The position numbers and the translations under genes were made by a program. Under the pieces are notes generated by a model. That model did no database searches, was not told the DNA's origin, and was given only the letters and a program-made list of their open reading frames with translations. This document shows positions 52,717 through 63,366 of a stretch of 64,000 nt of DNA, one piece after another (within the stretch, counting starts at the first letter, position 1; each line of letters begins with the position of its first letter). Origin of the DNA: an uncultured Phycisphaerales bacterium (lineage in GTDB: Bacteria > Planctomycetota > Phycisphaerae > Tepidisphaerales > Tepidisphaeraceae); assembly GCA_963844715.1 (NCBI GenBank), contig CAWJPJ010000007.1, positions 1,120,001 to 1,184,000 on the forward strand, written 5' to 3'.

Positions 52717-54380
52717 ATGAATCGGGAGCGTAGCAGCATTGTGACAGAGGGTAGCCAGCGAGCGCCGCAGCGGGCGTTTTTTAAGTCGATGGGATTGACG
52801 GACGAGGACATTCACCGTCCGTGGGTGGGCGTGGCGAGCACGTGGAATGAGGCGACGCCCTGCAATCTAACTCTGGATCGGCAGGCGAAGGCGGCGAAGG
52901 AGGGGGTTAAGGCGGCCGGGGGGACGCCTCGGGAATTCGTGACGATCGCGGTGTCGGACGGAATCGCCATGGGGCACGAGGGGATGAAAGCGTCGCTGGC
53001 TTCGCGCGAGGTGATCGCGGATTCAGTGGAACTCATGATGCATGCGCATGGGTACGACGCCCTGGTGGGGCTCGCCGGGTGCGACAAGAGTCTGCCGGGG
53101 ATGCTGATGGCGATGGGCAGGCTGAATGTGCCGAGCATCTTTTTGTATGGCGGAACGATCATGCCGGGGAAATTCAAGGGGAAGGATGTCACGATTCAGG
53201 ATGTCTACGAGGCGGTGGGAGCGCACTCGGCGGGGAAAATGAGCGACGAAGATTTATACGAGATCGAGTGCCAGGCGTGCCCGACGGCGGGAAGCTGCGG
53301 GGGGCAGTTCACGGCCAACACGATGGCGTGCGTCGCGGAGGCGATCGGGATGGCGCTCCCCGGGAGCGGTTCGCCTCCGGCGATAGATACGAATCGGGAC
53401 GCGTACGCGGTCGAATGCGGGAAGCAGGTGATGCGGCTCTTGGAGAAGAACATCCGGCCGCGCGACGTCATGACACGCGAGGCGCTGGAGAACGGAATCA
53501 CGATCGCCGCGGCGACGGGCGGATCGACGAATTCGGCGCTGCATATCCCGGCGATTGCGTATGAGTGCGGGGTGACGATCGGATTGGATGATATCGAGCG
53601 GATCAGCGCGCGCACGCCGGTGATCGCGGATTTGAAGCCGTTTGGGAGATACAACGCCTATGACGTTTTCCGCGCCGGGGGAATCCCGGCGATCATGCGG
53701 GCTTTGCTCGACGCGAAACTGCTGCATGGCGATTGCCTGACGTGTACGGGAAAAACCGTCGCGGAAAACCTGGCGGGCGTGAAGCTCAAGACCGATCAGG
53801 ACGTGGTGATGCCCGCTTCGAAGGCCCTGGAAAAGACCGGCGGTTTGCACATCCTGCGCGGGAATCTGGCGCCGAGGGGTGCGTGATCAAGACGGCGGGG
53901 GTGAAGAAGCTCCAGCATCGCGGACCGGCCCGGGTGTTCAACAGCGAGGAAGAGTGCATGGCGGCCGTGCAGGCGCAGCAGGTGAAGAAGGGGGATTCGG
54001 TGATCATCCGCTACGAAGGGCCCAAGGGCGGGCCGGGCATGCGCGAAATGCTCGCGGTCACGGCGGCGATCGTCGGGCAGGGTTTGGGTTATGACGTGTG
54101 CCTGATGACGGACGGGCGATTCAGCGGCGCGACGCGCGGATTGATGGTCGGGCATATCGGGCCGGAGGCGTTCGTGGGCGGGCCGCTTGCGCTGGTGCGC
54201 GACGGGGATATGATCTCCATCGATGCGGAAAAGCGATCGATTCAGGTTGAACTCAGCGATGAGGAACTCGCCAAGCGAAAGGCGGCGTGGAAAGCGCCGA
54301 AGCCGCATTATGAGCATGGGGCGCTGGCGAAGTATGCAAGATCGGTGGGACCGGCGTGTTTTGGGGCGGTGACGCACTGA
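52717..54380 (+). CDS. ilvD: Dihydroxy-acid dehydratase (frameshift ~53878)
   Basis: [55 protein letters not shown] at 52684. Confidence 0.95.
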
Positions 54381-54445
54381 ACAAACGCTGAATTTATCGG
54401 CCGCGGTTCCTCTGTTGAAGTTAGTGGGGTGGCGAGCGAAGAAGA

Positions 54446-54490
54446 TTGACTTTTACGCATAAAGCGTCGATAATTACGCAATATGCGTAA
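54446..54490 (+). promoter_or_regulatory. Promoter and palindromic operator of the MNT-HEPN pair
   Basis: TTGACT (54446), 17 bp, GATAAT (54469); palindrome TTACGCA-ATA-TGCGTAA (54474-54490) spanning the ATG; second TTACGCA at 54453. Confidence 0.7.
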
Positions 54491-55082
54491 GTGGCGATCG
54501 CTGGATTCCATCTTTCCTCGGACCCGCCAGGGGATACTTGCGGCGACTCTTATACAGCCGGGTAAGGCGTGGTATGCGTCAGAACTAGCCCGGCGCATGG
54601 GGGTGCCGTCCTCCAGCCTGCAACGGGAGCTGCGGGATTTAACCGAGGCAGGGATTCTCAAGGCGCACCGGCAAGGGCGCATGACCTATTACCAAAGCGA
54701 TGCTGATTCGCCGCTTTTCTCTGATCTTCGCGGATTGCTTCTTAAGACCGCGGGCCTTGTGGATGTCTTGGCCGATGCGTTATCGCCGTTGATCGCAAAA
54801 GTTCAACTTGCATTCGTCCACGGATCGATTGCGAGCGGTAGGGAACGGAGCGACAGTGATATCGATGTGATCGTGGTGGGAACCGTTACGCCCGCGGACC
54901 TTGCTTTGCCGTTGCGCCATGCCAGTAAATCGCTCGGACGCGAGGTCAACGTCACTGTATACACACCCGCGGAATTCCTCAGGAAGCGGTCTGAAAAGGA
55001 CCATTTTCTGACCCGGGTATTGGACAAGCCCAAGTTGTTTGTGATAGGCAATAAGAATGACTTGGGCCGAGTTGCTGGCTGA
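54483..55082 (+). CDS. HTH + minimal nucleotidyltransferase (MNT) antitoxin
   Basis: N-terminal wHTH (ASELARRMGVPSSSLQREL); HGSIASG..SDIDV. Confidence 0.85.
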   Translation: MRKWRSLDSIFPRTRQGILAATLIQPGKAWYASELARRMGVPSSSLQRELRDLTEAGILKAHRQGRMTYYQSDADSPLFSDLRGLLLKTAGLVDVLADALSPLIAKVQLAFVHGSIASGRERSDSDIDVIVVGTVTPADLALPLRHASKSLGREVNVTVYTPAEFLRKRSEKDHFLTRVLDKPKLFVIGNKNDLGRVAG

Positions 55083-55494
55083 CAAACGCGTGACCCGCAA
55101 CCGCGCGAGTAAGGCGGAGCTGAAAAATCTGCGTTCGATCGTATCCCGCAGCCTTAAGGATGTTGCGGTGGTTGGACTATCCGCGGATACCCGATTCGTC
55201 ATCGCTTACGACGCCGCTCGCACGCTTTCCTTGATGATCGTTCGCTCAGCAGGCTATCGGCCGAGGTCGGTCGGGGGACACTACAACACGTTTCTGGCTT
55301 TAGAGGCGGCCGATCCCGCTTTGGCGGCCTTGGCGGCGTATTTCAACGGCTGCCGAATGAAGCGCAACGATTGCGAATATGATTTTGCCGGCGGCGTCAG
55401 CGATACGGATGCGGATGGATTGCTTGAGGCTGTGACAAAGTTCGCTCTCGACGCGGAGGCATGGATTAAACATCGCCATCCGCGTTTGGCGTGA
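55057..55494 (+). CDS. HEPN-domain protein
   Basis: Helical; AYDAAR, GGH, RMKRNDCEY; overlaps the MNT gene. Confidence 0.75.
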   Translation: MTWAELLADKRVTRNRASKAELKNLRSIVSRSLKDVAVVGLSADTRFVIAYDAARTLSLMIVRSAGYRPRSVGGHYNTFLALEAADPALAALAAYFNGCRMKRNDCEYDFAGGVSDTDADGLLEAVTKFALDAEAWIKHRHPRLA

Positions 55495-55538
55495 ACGAGT
55501 TTTGGGGTGGGGATCGTTGGGCGGAAGCGCCGACTATC

Positions 55539-56498
55539 TCAGTTATTTTGCGTTGACGCGGTTGCCGGCGCGGGCGCGCTCCAGATCGACACGCCGCTAT
55601 CGGTGACGGTGTAATCCAGTCCGGTGAATCCGGCGATGCTTTCCAAGGCTTGCTGAACGGTGGCGTTATCAAGTTCCAGGCGGAGGGTCCGATAGGGGGC
55701 GGGGACTTTTTGTAGCGCGCCGGGTTGGATTTGGAAATCCAGGCCGCTGCGGCGGGCGAGGTCGAGGAGGACGTTGCCGACGTCCTGGCCGTCGTAGCGG
55801 ACGGTGATTCTGCGGGAAAGTTCCAGGCGAATTTGATCGGATTTTTTCAGCACCACGATTGTTTCACCCCAGGGGTACCAGGTGGCGTTCGTCTGAGCCG
55901 TGATTTCGTCCAGGGCATCCAACAGGGACGCGTGGCGGGAGACATTCACGGGCGTGGGGTCGGCGGGAATAAACGCGCGGTTCTCGACCGCGTAGGGAGA
56001 TTTTTCCAGGCGTGCGTCGATCGCGGCGAGTAAGCGCTCCGCGGAAAAGTCAGTTTGCCTGGCGTCCAATTCAGTGCTGGACAGATAGTCGAGACATTGC
56101 AATTCCTGAACGGTGGCGCGGCGGCCGAGGCGCTGGAGGGGTGGGAGAAGGTGGAGCTGAACCGAGGCGTCCTGGAGTTCATATTGCAGGCCGATTTTCT
56201 GGCAGATAGCGGCCAGAGCCTGGCGGAGAGTCTGGTGGCGGAAATCGGCGCGGAAATTCGTCAGGTCGCCCCAGGGGAGGACGTTGTAAACGGAATGGTC
56301 GGCTTCGATGCGCACGCCGGTCATGTCGCCGAAATCCGCGATGGCCTGGGGGAGAGTGCCGTCGAAGTGGATTTCAGCTTTGGGCAGTTGCTTGTCCATC
56401 GCCTGGGCGATCAAGGCGGACGTCTGCTCGGCTCTGACAATTGGTGTGAAGAGTGTGAAGAGTGTGAAGGTGAGAAGGGTTGGGACGGCGCGTCGCAT
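55539..56498 (-). CDS. Exported protein with repeated secretin/TonB N-terminal-like domains
   Basis: Signal peptide ending VRA; three TLRQAL / SLLDAL / TVQQAL repeats; last gene of an ECF operon. Confidence 0.65.
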   Translation of the reverse strand: MRRAVPTLLTFTLFTLFTPIVRAEQTSALIAQAMDKQLPKAEIHFDGTLPQAIADFGDMTGVRIEADHSVYNVLPWGDLTNFRADFRHQTLRQALAAICQKIGLQYELQDASVQLHLLPPLQRLGRRATVQELQCLDYLSSTELDARQTDFSAERLLAAIDARLEKSPYAVENRAFIPADPTPVNVSRHASLLDALDEITAQTNATWYPWGETIVVLKKSDQIRLELSRRITVRYDGQDVGNVLLDLARRSGLDFQIQPGALQKVPAPYRTLRLELDNATVQQALESIAGFTGLDYTVTDSGVSIWSAPAPATASTQNN

Positions 56499-56507
56499 TG
56501 TTTCCCT

Positions 56508-57070
56508 TTAGCGAATGGAACGATCGTTGGTGGCGTCGGCACTGGCGATATAGATATGCGAGGGTTGGGAGACGATGGGCTGGGAGGAGTCGAAAGTCAT
56601 GGCGGCGTCGCTCGGCGGGCCGCCGAGTGTGACGTCGGCGGAGGCGCTGCCCGCCGGGGTTTCGGCGGCGGGGCCGATGACCTGGGCGGAAGCGATTTCA
56701 ACAACGGGCTGGGGCGACTTGCTTACGGGCGGAATTGCCTGCTGAGATCGGAATCGGATTCCCATGGCCAGGAGCACGCAGGCAGCCAGTGCGGCCGCGG
56801 CCGGGACGAAGGACATGAGCCGCAGGCGCCGGCGCGGCAACGGAAGATCGGCGACGGCACAGGAGATTCTGTCGCCCAGGTCGTCCCACTGGTCGCGCGG
56901 AACGGGAATGCCGGTGCGGAGAAGCTCGTCGAGCTGGGCGTATTCTTCGAGTTTTTGTTTGAGCTGAGGGTCCTGCGAGGCGGCGCTTCCAGGGACTGGC
57001 GATCTTCGGGCGCAAGGGTTCCGTCCAGATATTGGCTGAGGAGAAATTCTATTTTCTCGTCTTCTTGCAT
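56508..57070 (-). CDS. Membrane-anchored anti-sigma factor (frameshifted)
   Basis: EFLLSQYLDGTL..EDR N-terminus, TM AAALAACVLLAM; directly downstream of an ECF sigma. Confidence 0.75.
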
Positions 57071-57077
57071 GATGCCG

Positions 57078-57704
57078 TTACAGGTGCTCCTTCAACAACT
57101 CGCGCAATTTTTTTCTTCCCTGGAACACGTGCCATTTTACCGCTTCGACACTGCACTTCAGAGCCTCGGCGACTTGCTTCTGGGGCATCTCCTCGATGGT
57201 GAAGAGGATGAGCGCCATTTTCTGTTTCTCGGGAAGCTGATCGAGGGCTTCCCGAAGCTTCTCCCCCATTTCCCGGCTCTGGAGGCGATGGACGGGGTCG
57301 CCGTCGCGGACCGTCGCTTCGCCCGCCGCGATGAATCGCTGGGCGGCGTTTTCGGCGGGGCCGAGTGCGTCGTTCAGAGGCAACTGCTGCCGGGTTTTTC
57401 TGCCGCGCCGATAATTGAGCGACAGATTGGAGACGATGCGCATCAGCCAACCGGCGAACGCATCGGGCCTTTGCAGCGTGGCCAGGCTGGAGAAGGCCTT
57501 GAGGAACGCGTTCTGCGTGACTTCCTGCGCGTCCTGGGTGTGCCCCAGGAGGCGATAGGAAACCGCCACGGCCTGGCGTTGGTAGCGTTCGATAAGTTGA
57601 TCGAACGCCGCGCGGTCGCCGCCGAGGGTGAGGCGCACCAACTGGCCGTCCGTGAGCGGGGCTGGATGGCGCTCGCCTCGGAATTCAGCCGCTCGTGTAT
57701 CCAT
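57078..57704 (-). CDS. ECF sigma-70 factor
   Basis: GDRAAFDQLIERY, DAQEVTQNAF, FAGWLMRI, LPEKQK, VAEALKCSVEAVKWHVFQGR. Confidence 0.9.
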   Translation of the reverse strand: MDTRAAEFRGERHPAPLTDGQLVRLTLGGDRAAFDQLIERYQRQAVAVSYRLLGHTQDAQEVTQNAFLKAFSSLATLQRPDAFAGWLMRIVSNLSLNYRRGRKTRQQLPLNDALGPAENAAQRFIAAGEATVRDGDPVHRLQSREMGEKLREALDQLPEKQKMALILFTIEEMPQKQVAEALKCSVEAVKWHVFQGRKKLRELLKEHL

Positions 57705-57877
57705 GAGCAAGGACACTGTAACTGCCTCGTCGTTAGAACGAAGGCGAATATTTGGAATCGCCCATTCCGATAACAGGCGATTTCCCGGATTTCCGGGCAA
57801 AAACTGGCATTTTGCCTGGGTCCGTACGGATATAACGCGAGGGGTATTCGGGGAAGGCGCAATCGGCCCGCCAGCGG

Positions 57878-58693
57878 TTAGCCAACGAGCAGATCTTTGC
57901 AGAATTTAGCCACGGCGTTCGCGACGGCTTGAGGACCGGCGGAGGCGGATTCGGTAATTTTTCGGACAATGGCGCTTCCGACGATTGCGGCGTCGGCGGC
58001 GCCCGCCAGGGAGGCGAGGTGCTGAGGTTTTGAGATGCCGAAACCTACGCAGATGGGGAGGTTGGTCATTTCTTTTAGTTGACGGACGTTCGGTACGAGG
58101 TCGTTTGGGAGCTGGTCGCGCGTGCCTGTGATGCCGGAGACGCTGAGGTAATAGACGAAGCCGGAACAGAGGTCGACGATCTGGCGGCGGCGCTGGGGCG
58201 GGGTGGTGGGGGCGACGAGGAAAATGGTGTCGAGATCGACGGCGCGGATTTCGCGGCAGGTGGACTCGGCTTGCGGCGGAGGGAGATCGGGGATGATGAT
58301 CCCGGCGAATCCGGCGGCGCGAAGATCGGCGAAGAATCGCTTCGTGCCGTAGCGGAAGACGATGCTGTAGCTGAGCATGGCGACCAGCGGTGCGCGAATT
58401 CGCGAAGAGACGGTCTTGGCCATTTCGAGGATTTGGCTCACTTTTATTTTTTTTGCCAGGGCGTCGGTAAAGGCCTGCTGAATGATGAGGCCGTCGGCGA
58501 TGGGGTCGGAGAACGGAAAGCCTACTTCGATAGCGGCGATGCGCGGGCCGTCGATGGCTTCGAGAATTGCTGCCGTGGTTGCGAGGTCGGGATAACCGGC
58601 TGGGACGAATGGGACGAGGCCGATGCCTTTTCCGCGGATGGCGGCGAAGGAGTCGGCTAATGATTGGCGCGTCGCTGCGGGGATTTGCGGCAT
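57878..58693 (-). CDS. trpA: Tryptophan synthase alpha subunit
   Basis: EVGFPFSDPIADG, IPDLP, APTT, GITG, VGFGIS, IVGSA. Confidence 0.95.
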   Translation of the reverse strand: MPQIPAATRQSLADSFAAIRGKGIGLVPFVPAGYPDLATTAAILEAIDGPRIAAIEVGFPFSDPIADGLIIQQAFTDALAKKIKVSQILEMAKTVSSRIRAPLVAMLSYSIVFRYGTKRFFADLRAAGFAGIIIPDLPPPQAESTCREIRAVDLDTIFLVAPTTPPQRRRQIVDLCSGFVYYLSVSGITGTRDQLPNDLVPNVRQLKEMTNLPICVGFGISKPQHLASLAGAADAAIVGSAIVRKITESASAGPQAVANAVAKFCKDLLVG

Positions 58694-58736
58694 TGATACT
58701 TTCTTATATTCAGAGGATCATAAACGTAAGTCGCCG

Positions 58737-58988
58737 ATGTCGAAAGAAGCTCGAACAACCGAGGGTGGGAGCACGCCGGGGCGGAAGCTCCTGACGAGTT
58801 TGTTGCCGCCGTTGTTTGTGGCGCTGCTTTGTACGGGGTTGATTATCGAGGCGATATACACGGTGATGGGCGGGCGGGCGAATGGGGACTTGATGCTTTT
58901 GTTTGTGCCGATATTGGGGGCGATTTTTCTTTCCATTCCGGCGCTGCAGGCTTGGTGGGCTTGTATCAAGATTGTGCGCGGAAGGTAG
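58737..58988 (+). CDS. Small two-TM hypothetical protein, antisense between trpB and trpA
   Basis: 83-aa ORF with two hydrophobic segments filling the trpB-trpA gap. Confidence 0.45.
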   Translation: MSKEARTTEGGSTPGRKLLTSLLPPLFVALLCTGLIIEAIYTVMGGRANGDLMLLFVPILGAIFLSIPALQAWWACIKIVRGR

Positions 58989-59003
58989 TCGTTCGGAATT
59001 CCG

Positions 59004-59046
59004 CCCCTCACCCTTGCCCTCTCCCCGTGAGTACACAGGGAGAGGG
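59004..59046 (-). repeat. CCCTCTCC repeat family copy
   Basis: CCCCTCACCCTTGCCCTCTCCCCGTGAGTACACAGGGAGAGGG. Confidence 0.8.
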
Positions 59047-59059
59047 AAATTGGTCGTAA

Positions 59060-60257
59060 TCATTTTTCGATCAGTCTTGCGACTTCTTGGCAGTCTTTGT
59101 CGCCTCGGCCGCTTAGGTTCACGATGATGATTTTGTCTTTGGGGAGTTTGGGGGCGAGTTCGGCAAGGTAGGCGAAGGCGTGGGCGGATTCCAAGGCGGG
59201 GAGGATGCCTTCCAGTTTGGCGACTTGCTGGAATGCTTCGAGCGCCTTGGCGTCGGTGACGCTGTGATATTTCACGCGGCCGGAGTCTTTCCAATAGGCG
59301 TGCTCAGGGCCTACGCCGGGGTAATCGAGGCCCGCGGAGACGCTGTGGACGTCGGCGGTTTGGCCGTCGTCGTCCTGAAGGACGTAGGAGAGAGAGCCGT
59401 GGAGGACGCCGGGCTTGCCGGCGCATAACGCGGCGGCGTGCTGGCCCAGATGCGGAGCCTCGGCCGCCGGCTTCGAGGCCGATGAGTTGAACGGTTGTGT
59501 CGGCGATGAAGGGGGCGAAGATTCCGGCGGCGTTGCTGCCGCCGCCGACGCAGGCGAGGACGTAATCCGGCAGGCGTCCCTCGGCTTCGAGGCATTGGCG
59601 GCGCGCTTCCTTGCCGATGATCGATTGAAAATCGCGCACGATCATCGGGAATGGGTGCGGACCGACGACGCTGCCGAGGATGTAATGGGTGTGATCGACG
59701 GAACCCATCCAATCTCGCATGGCTTCGTTGGTGGCGTCCTTGAGGGTTTTGCTGCCGCTGTTGACCTCGACGACGTGCGCGCCGATGAGTCGCATGCGAA
59801 AGACGTTGAGGCTTTGGCGGCGGATGTCTTCTGCGCCCATGTACACATCGCAGGAGAGGCCGAAGACCGCGGCGGCCGTGGCGGTTGCGACGCCGTGTTG
59901 TCCGGCGCCGGTTTCGGCGATGACGCGCTTTTTGCCCATGCGGAGAGTGAGAAGGGCCTGGCCGAGCGTGTTGTTAATTTTGTGGGCGCCGGTGTGGTTG
60001 AGGTCTTCGCGTTTGAGATAGATTTTCGCGCCGCCGAAGGTTTCGGTGAGTCGGCGGGCGAAATAAAGCGGATTGGGCCGGCCGGCGAATTGGTGCAGGT
60101 AATAGTCGAACTCGCGGGCGAAAGCGGCGTCGGATTTGGCCTTGGCGTATTCGTCTTCAAGCTGGCGCAGTGCGGCGACGAGAGTTTCGGGAACGTAGAC
60201 GCCGCCGTAGGGGCCGAAATGGCCGGTGGAATCCGGAAGAGTGGAGGCGGTGGTCAT
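59060..60257 (-). CDS. trpB: Tryptophan synthase beta subunit (frameshift ~59450)
   Basis: [56 protein letters not shown]. Confidence 0.95.
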
Positions 60258-60336
60258 GCGGGTAATGGTAGGGAGACGCGGCGGCGGTCGCAAATGGGTT
60301 TGACAAGGGGTGGCGGCGAATGTCTGATCGGCGGCC

Positions 60337-61359
60337 ATGGGTCGGCCGATCACGTTATTTACGGGTCAGTGGGCGGATCTTTCCTTCGAGCAGGTTTGCG
60401 GCAAGGCAAAATCGTTTGGTTATGACGGCGTGGAGCTGGCTTGTTGGGGGGATCATTTTGACGTGCCGAGGGCGCTGGCGGAGGAGAAGTACTGCGCGGG
60501 CAGATGGGAAATTCTGCGCCGCCATGGGCTGACGGCGTTTGCGATCTCGTCGCATCTAGTCGGGCAGGCGGTTTGCGACCTGATCGACGAGCGGCATCGC
60601 GCGATTTTGCCGGCCGATGTTTGGGGCGATGGCGAGGCGGAGGGGGTTCGCGGACGGGCGGCGGAGCGCATGATGGAGACGGCGCGGGCTTGCCGGAAAT
60701 TCTTGGACGCGGGAGGGAAAGGGCGCGAGACGGGTGTGGTGAATGGATTTACCGGATCGAGCATTTGGCACAGTTTGTATGCGTTTCCGCCGACGGATCA
60801 GAAGTATTGGCAGAAGGGGTTCGACGATTTTTCGCGGAGGTGGCGTCCGATTCTGGACGCGTTCGACGCGGCGAATGTGAATTTTGCTCTGGAAGTGCAT
60901 CCGACGGAGATTGCGTTCGATATCGCCAGCGCGGAGCGGGCTTTGGAAGCGATCGGCGGGCACAAGCGGTTTGGATTCAACTTTGACCCGTCGCATCTGG
61001 GGTATCAAGGGGTCGATTATGTGAAATTCATTCGGACTTTTGGGAAACGCATTTTTCATGTCCATATCAAGGACGCCTGGTGGGGGCATGGGGATGGAAC
61101 GGTGGGCGTATTTGGCGGGCACACGACGTTCGCCGATCCGCGGCGGTTTTGGGATTTTCGATCGCCGGGGCGGGGGGATATCAAGTTTGAGGAGATCATC
61201 GTCGCGCTGAATGACGTGGGCTATCGGGGTCCGCTGAGCGTCGAGTGGGAGGACAGCCGGATGGATCGCGAGCACGGGGCGGCCGAGGCGGCGGCGTTCG
61301 TGCGAAAACTGGATTATAAACCCTCTTCGATCGCGTTCGACGGGCAATTCAATCGGTAA
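60337..61359 (+). CDS. Sugar phosphate isomerase/epimerase (xylose isomerase-like TIM barrel)
   Basis: [32 protein letters not shown]. Confidence 0.88.
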   Translation: MGRPITLFTGQWADLSFEQVCGKAKSFGYDGVELACWGDHFDVPRALAEEKYCAGRWEILRRHGLTAFAISSHLVGQAVCDLIDERHRAILPADVWGDGEAEGVRGRAAERMMETARACRKFLDAGGKGRETGVVNGFTGSSIWHSLYAFPPTDQKYWQKGFDDFSRRWRPILDAFDAANVNFALEVHPTEIAFDIASAERALEAIGGHKRFGFNFDPSHLGYQGVDYVKFIRTFGKRIFHVHIKDAWWGHGDGTVGVFGGHTTFADPRRFWDFRSPGRGDIKFEEIIVALNDVGYRGPLSVEWEDSRMDREHGAAEAAAFVRKLDYKPSSIAFDGQFNR

Positions 61360-61431
61360 GCCATGCAGCTCGCGCAATTCATGGCCAATCGCAAGCAGGG
61401 GACGAATCAATATTTTGCGCCGAGGGGGGCA

Positions 61432-62640
61432 ATGGGAAGACGGTCCTGATCTCAAGCCATATTTACTGGACGGATTTGATCGGACTGGCGCTGCTGCGGC
61501 TGGGATACAACGTGATCCTCTCGCTGCCTTGGTATGGATTTTGGATCGACGACAACTGGTACCGCGACTTTGAGAATCAATTCGCGTTGTGGGTGAAAAT
61601 GCTGCGGGATCAGAAGGTCGCGTGCGTGATCGGGGGAAATACGACGGCGATGGTTCGGAATCCGAAGAGCGGCGAGATGCTGCATCGGGCGGCCGGGATT
61701 CCGGTCGTGCATTACTGGTGGGACGAGCCGCGGGCGGCGCCGCCGATGGCGCGGCGGGGCGTTTCGCTCGTGGATTACGTCGCGATGCTCAAGGATGAGA
61801 AGACGCTGAATGTCATTTGGGATGTCGATGTGCAGGAGGAATTGCGGGAATTTTTGGGCGTCGAGAATTCGATTCATGTGCCGATTGCCACGGCGCCGGA
61901 GCTTTGGGAGGAGCCGTTTGTGGCGATGGAGTCGCGGCCGGGGGCGGCGTGCTTTTTGGGGAATTGCCACTATGTGACTGATGCGCAGCGAGCTGAATTT
62001 GAGCCGGATTTGGCGCAGTGGGCGCAGGATGTGGCCAGGAATAAGTTTGGGGATTTGGATCGAGGGATTGCGGAGTGTGTGGAAGATCGGGCGGGAGCGC
62101 GCGTGGATGTGACGAACGAGGCGGCGATCGCCAGGGATTTTCGGCGATGGTATATTTTGGATACGATGCTGATGGAGGGGCAGCGGCGGCACGGCCGTGA
62201 AAGCGCTGGCGGCGAAACTCGGGGACTCGTTTACGCTGATTGGAGCGGACTGGGAGAAGGTCGGGCTAAGGGCGCAAAAAAGTCATAGCGGGGTGCCGGG
62301 TGCGAAAGTGTATTACGGGTCGCATAAGGCGTCGGTGAATCTTTATGGCGGTTGCGTTCACGGAGGCATGCCGCTGCGGCCTTATGAGATCGCTTCGTCC
62401 AACGGGCTGGTTTTCACGCACTACAACCGCGAGTTGCCGCAGCTTTTTGAGCCTGATAAGGAATGCGTGGCGTTTCGGAATGAGGAGGAGATGCTCCAGA
62501 AGCTCGATCGCATTCTTGCAAGCCCCCGGGAATATGATCGAGTCGTTCAGGCGGGGCGACGACGCGCGTTCCAGAATCATTCGTGGGAGAAGCGGATGGA
62601 GCGGATTATGCAGGAAGTTGCTAACCGGTTTGGCGTATGA
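61432..62640 (+). CDS. CgeB-like GT-B glycosyltransferase (frameshifts ~61436, ~62190)
   Basis: WWDEP, FLGN, C-terminal LRPYE..LFEPDKECVAF..GRRRAFQNHSWEKR. Confidence 0.75.
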
Positions 62641-62882
62641 AGATCCGCGTCAAATTGTTCGCCATTCTGAGGGAGCGCAGCGGATGCGCCGAGACTGAAT
62701 TGGAGTTGCCGGCGGGATCGACGGTCAATGACGCAATGGGTATCCTGAAGCGGCAATTTCCGGGCATAGTCGATCTGCTGCCTCGGGCGGCGACGGCGGT
62801 GAATTTCGCGAAATCGGATGGAGCGACGGTCTTAGGGGAAGGAGATGAGCTGGCGTTGATTCCGCCAGTCAGTGGAGGATAG
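62637..62882 (+). CDS. moaD: Molybdopterin synthase sulfur carrier subunit
   Basis: VKLFAILRE, AVN, ELALIPPVSGG C-terminus. Confidence 0.92.
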   Translation: MKIRVKLFAILRERSGCAETELELPAGSTVNDAMGILKRQFPGIVDLLPRAATAVNFAKSDGATVLGEGDELALIPPVSGG

Positions 62883-62891
62883 AGAAACTTC

Positions 62892-63335
62892 ATGGAAGCG
62901 TCGCAGGATTTGATCGAGTTGCGAGACTCGGCGTTGGATGTGCCCGGAATTTTGGCGTGGGTTGGAGACCGGGAGGCGGGGGGCGCGGCCGTATTCCTGG
63001 GGATGACGCGAAGCGAGAAAAAAGGATCGGTCGACTTGGCGGCTTTGGATTACGAGGCGTACGGCGAGATGGCCGTCAATCAGATGCGGCAGCTTGCGGC
63101 GCTGGCGCGGGATCGCTGGCCGGTGAGGAAAATCGCGATTGTGCACCGAACGGGAAGGGTGGCGGTGGGCGAGCCGTCGGTGATCATCGCGGTATCGGCG
63201 CCGCATCGCGGGCAATCTTTTGAGGCGTGTCGATTCCTTATCGAGGGGCTGAAAAAAGACGTCGCGGTGTGGAAAAAGGAAGTGTGGGCGGACGGGAGTT
63301 CGACGTGGTCTGACGACCGGGAGAGGCGGGTTTGA
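62892..63335 (+). CDS. moaE: Molybdopterin synthase catalytic subunit
   Basis: LDYEAY, HRTG, SAPHR, LKKDVAVWKKE. Confidence 0.92.
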   Translation: MEASQDLIELRDSALDVPGILAWVGDREAGGAAVFLGMTRSEKKGSVDLAALDYEAYGEMAVNQMRQLAALARDRWPVRKIAIVHRTGRVAVGEPSVIIAVSAPHRGQSFEACRFLIEGLKKDVAVWKKEVWADGSSTWSDDRERRV

Positions 63336-63366
63336 CTTTCGCTTCGAGGCATCTACGCTTGCGGAG

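Noticed and set aside
54452..54479. dif-like site (TTTACGCATAA resembles a XerC arm)
   Set aside because: No TTATGTTAAAT-like XerD arm at 6-bp spacing; better explained as the TA operator
954..62640. Many frameshifted genes read as pseudogenes or programmed frameshifts
   Set aside because: They affect essential genes (lpdA, thyX, yidC, mnmE, lysC, trpB), are single-base indels often in homopolymers, and I saw no in-frame nonsense decay; typical of uncorrected long-read error
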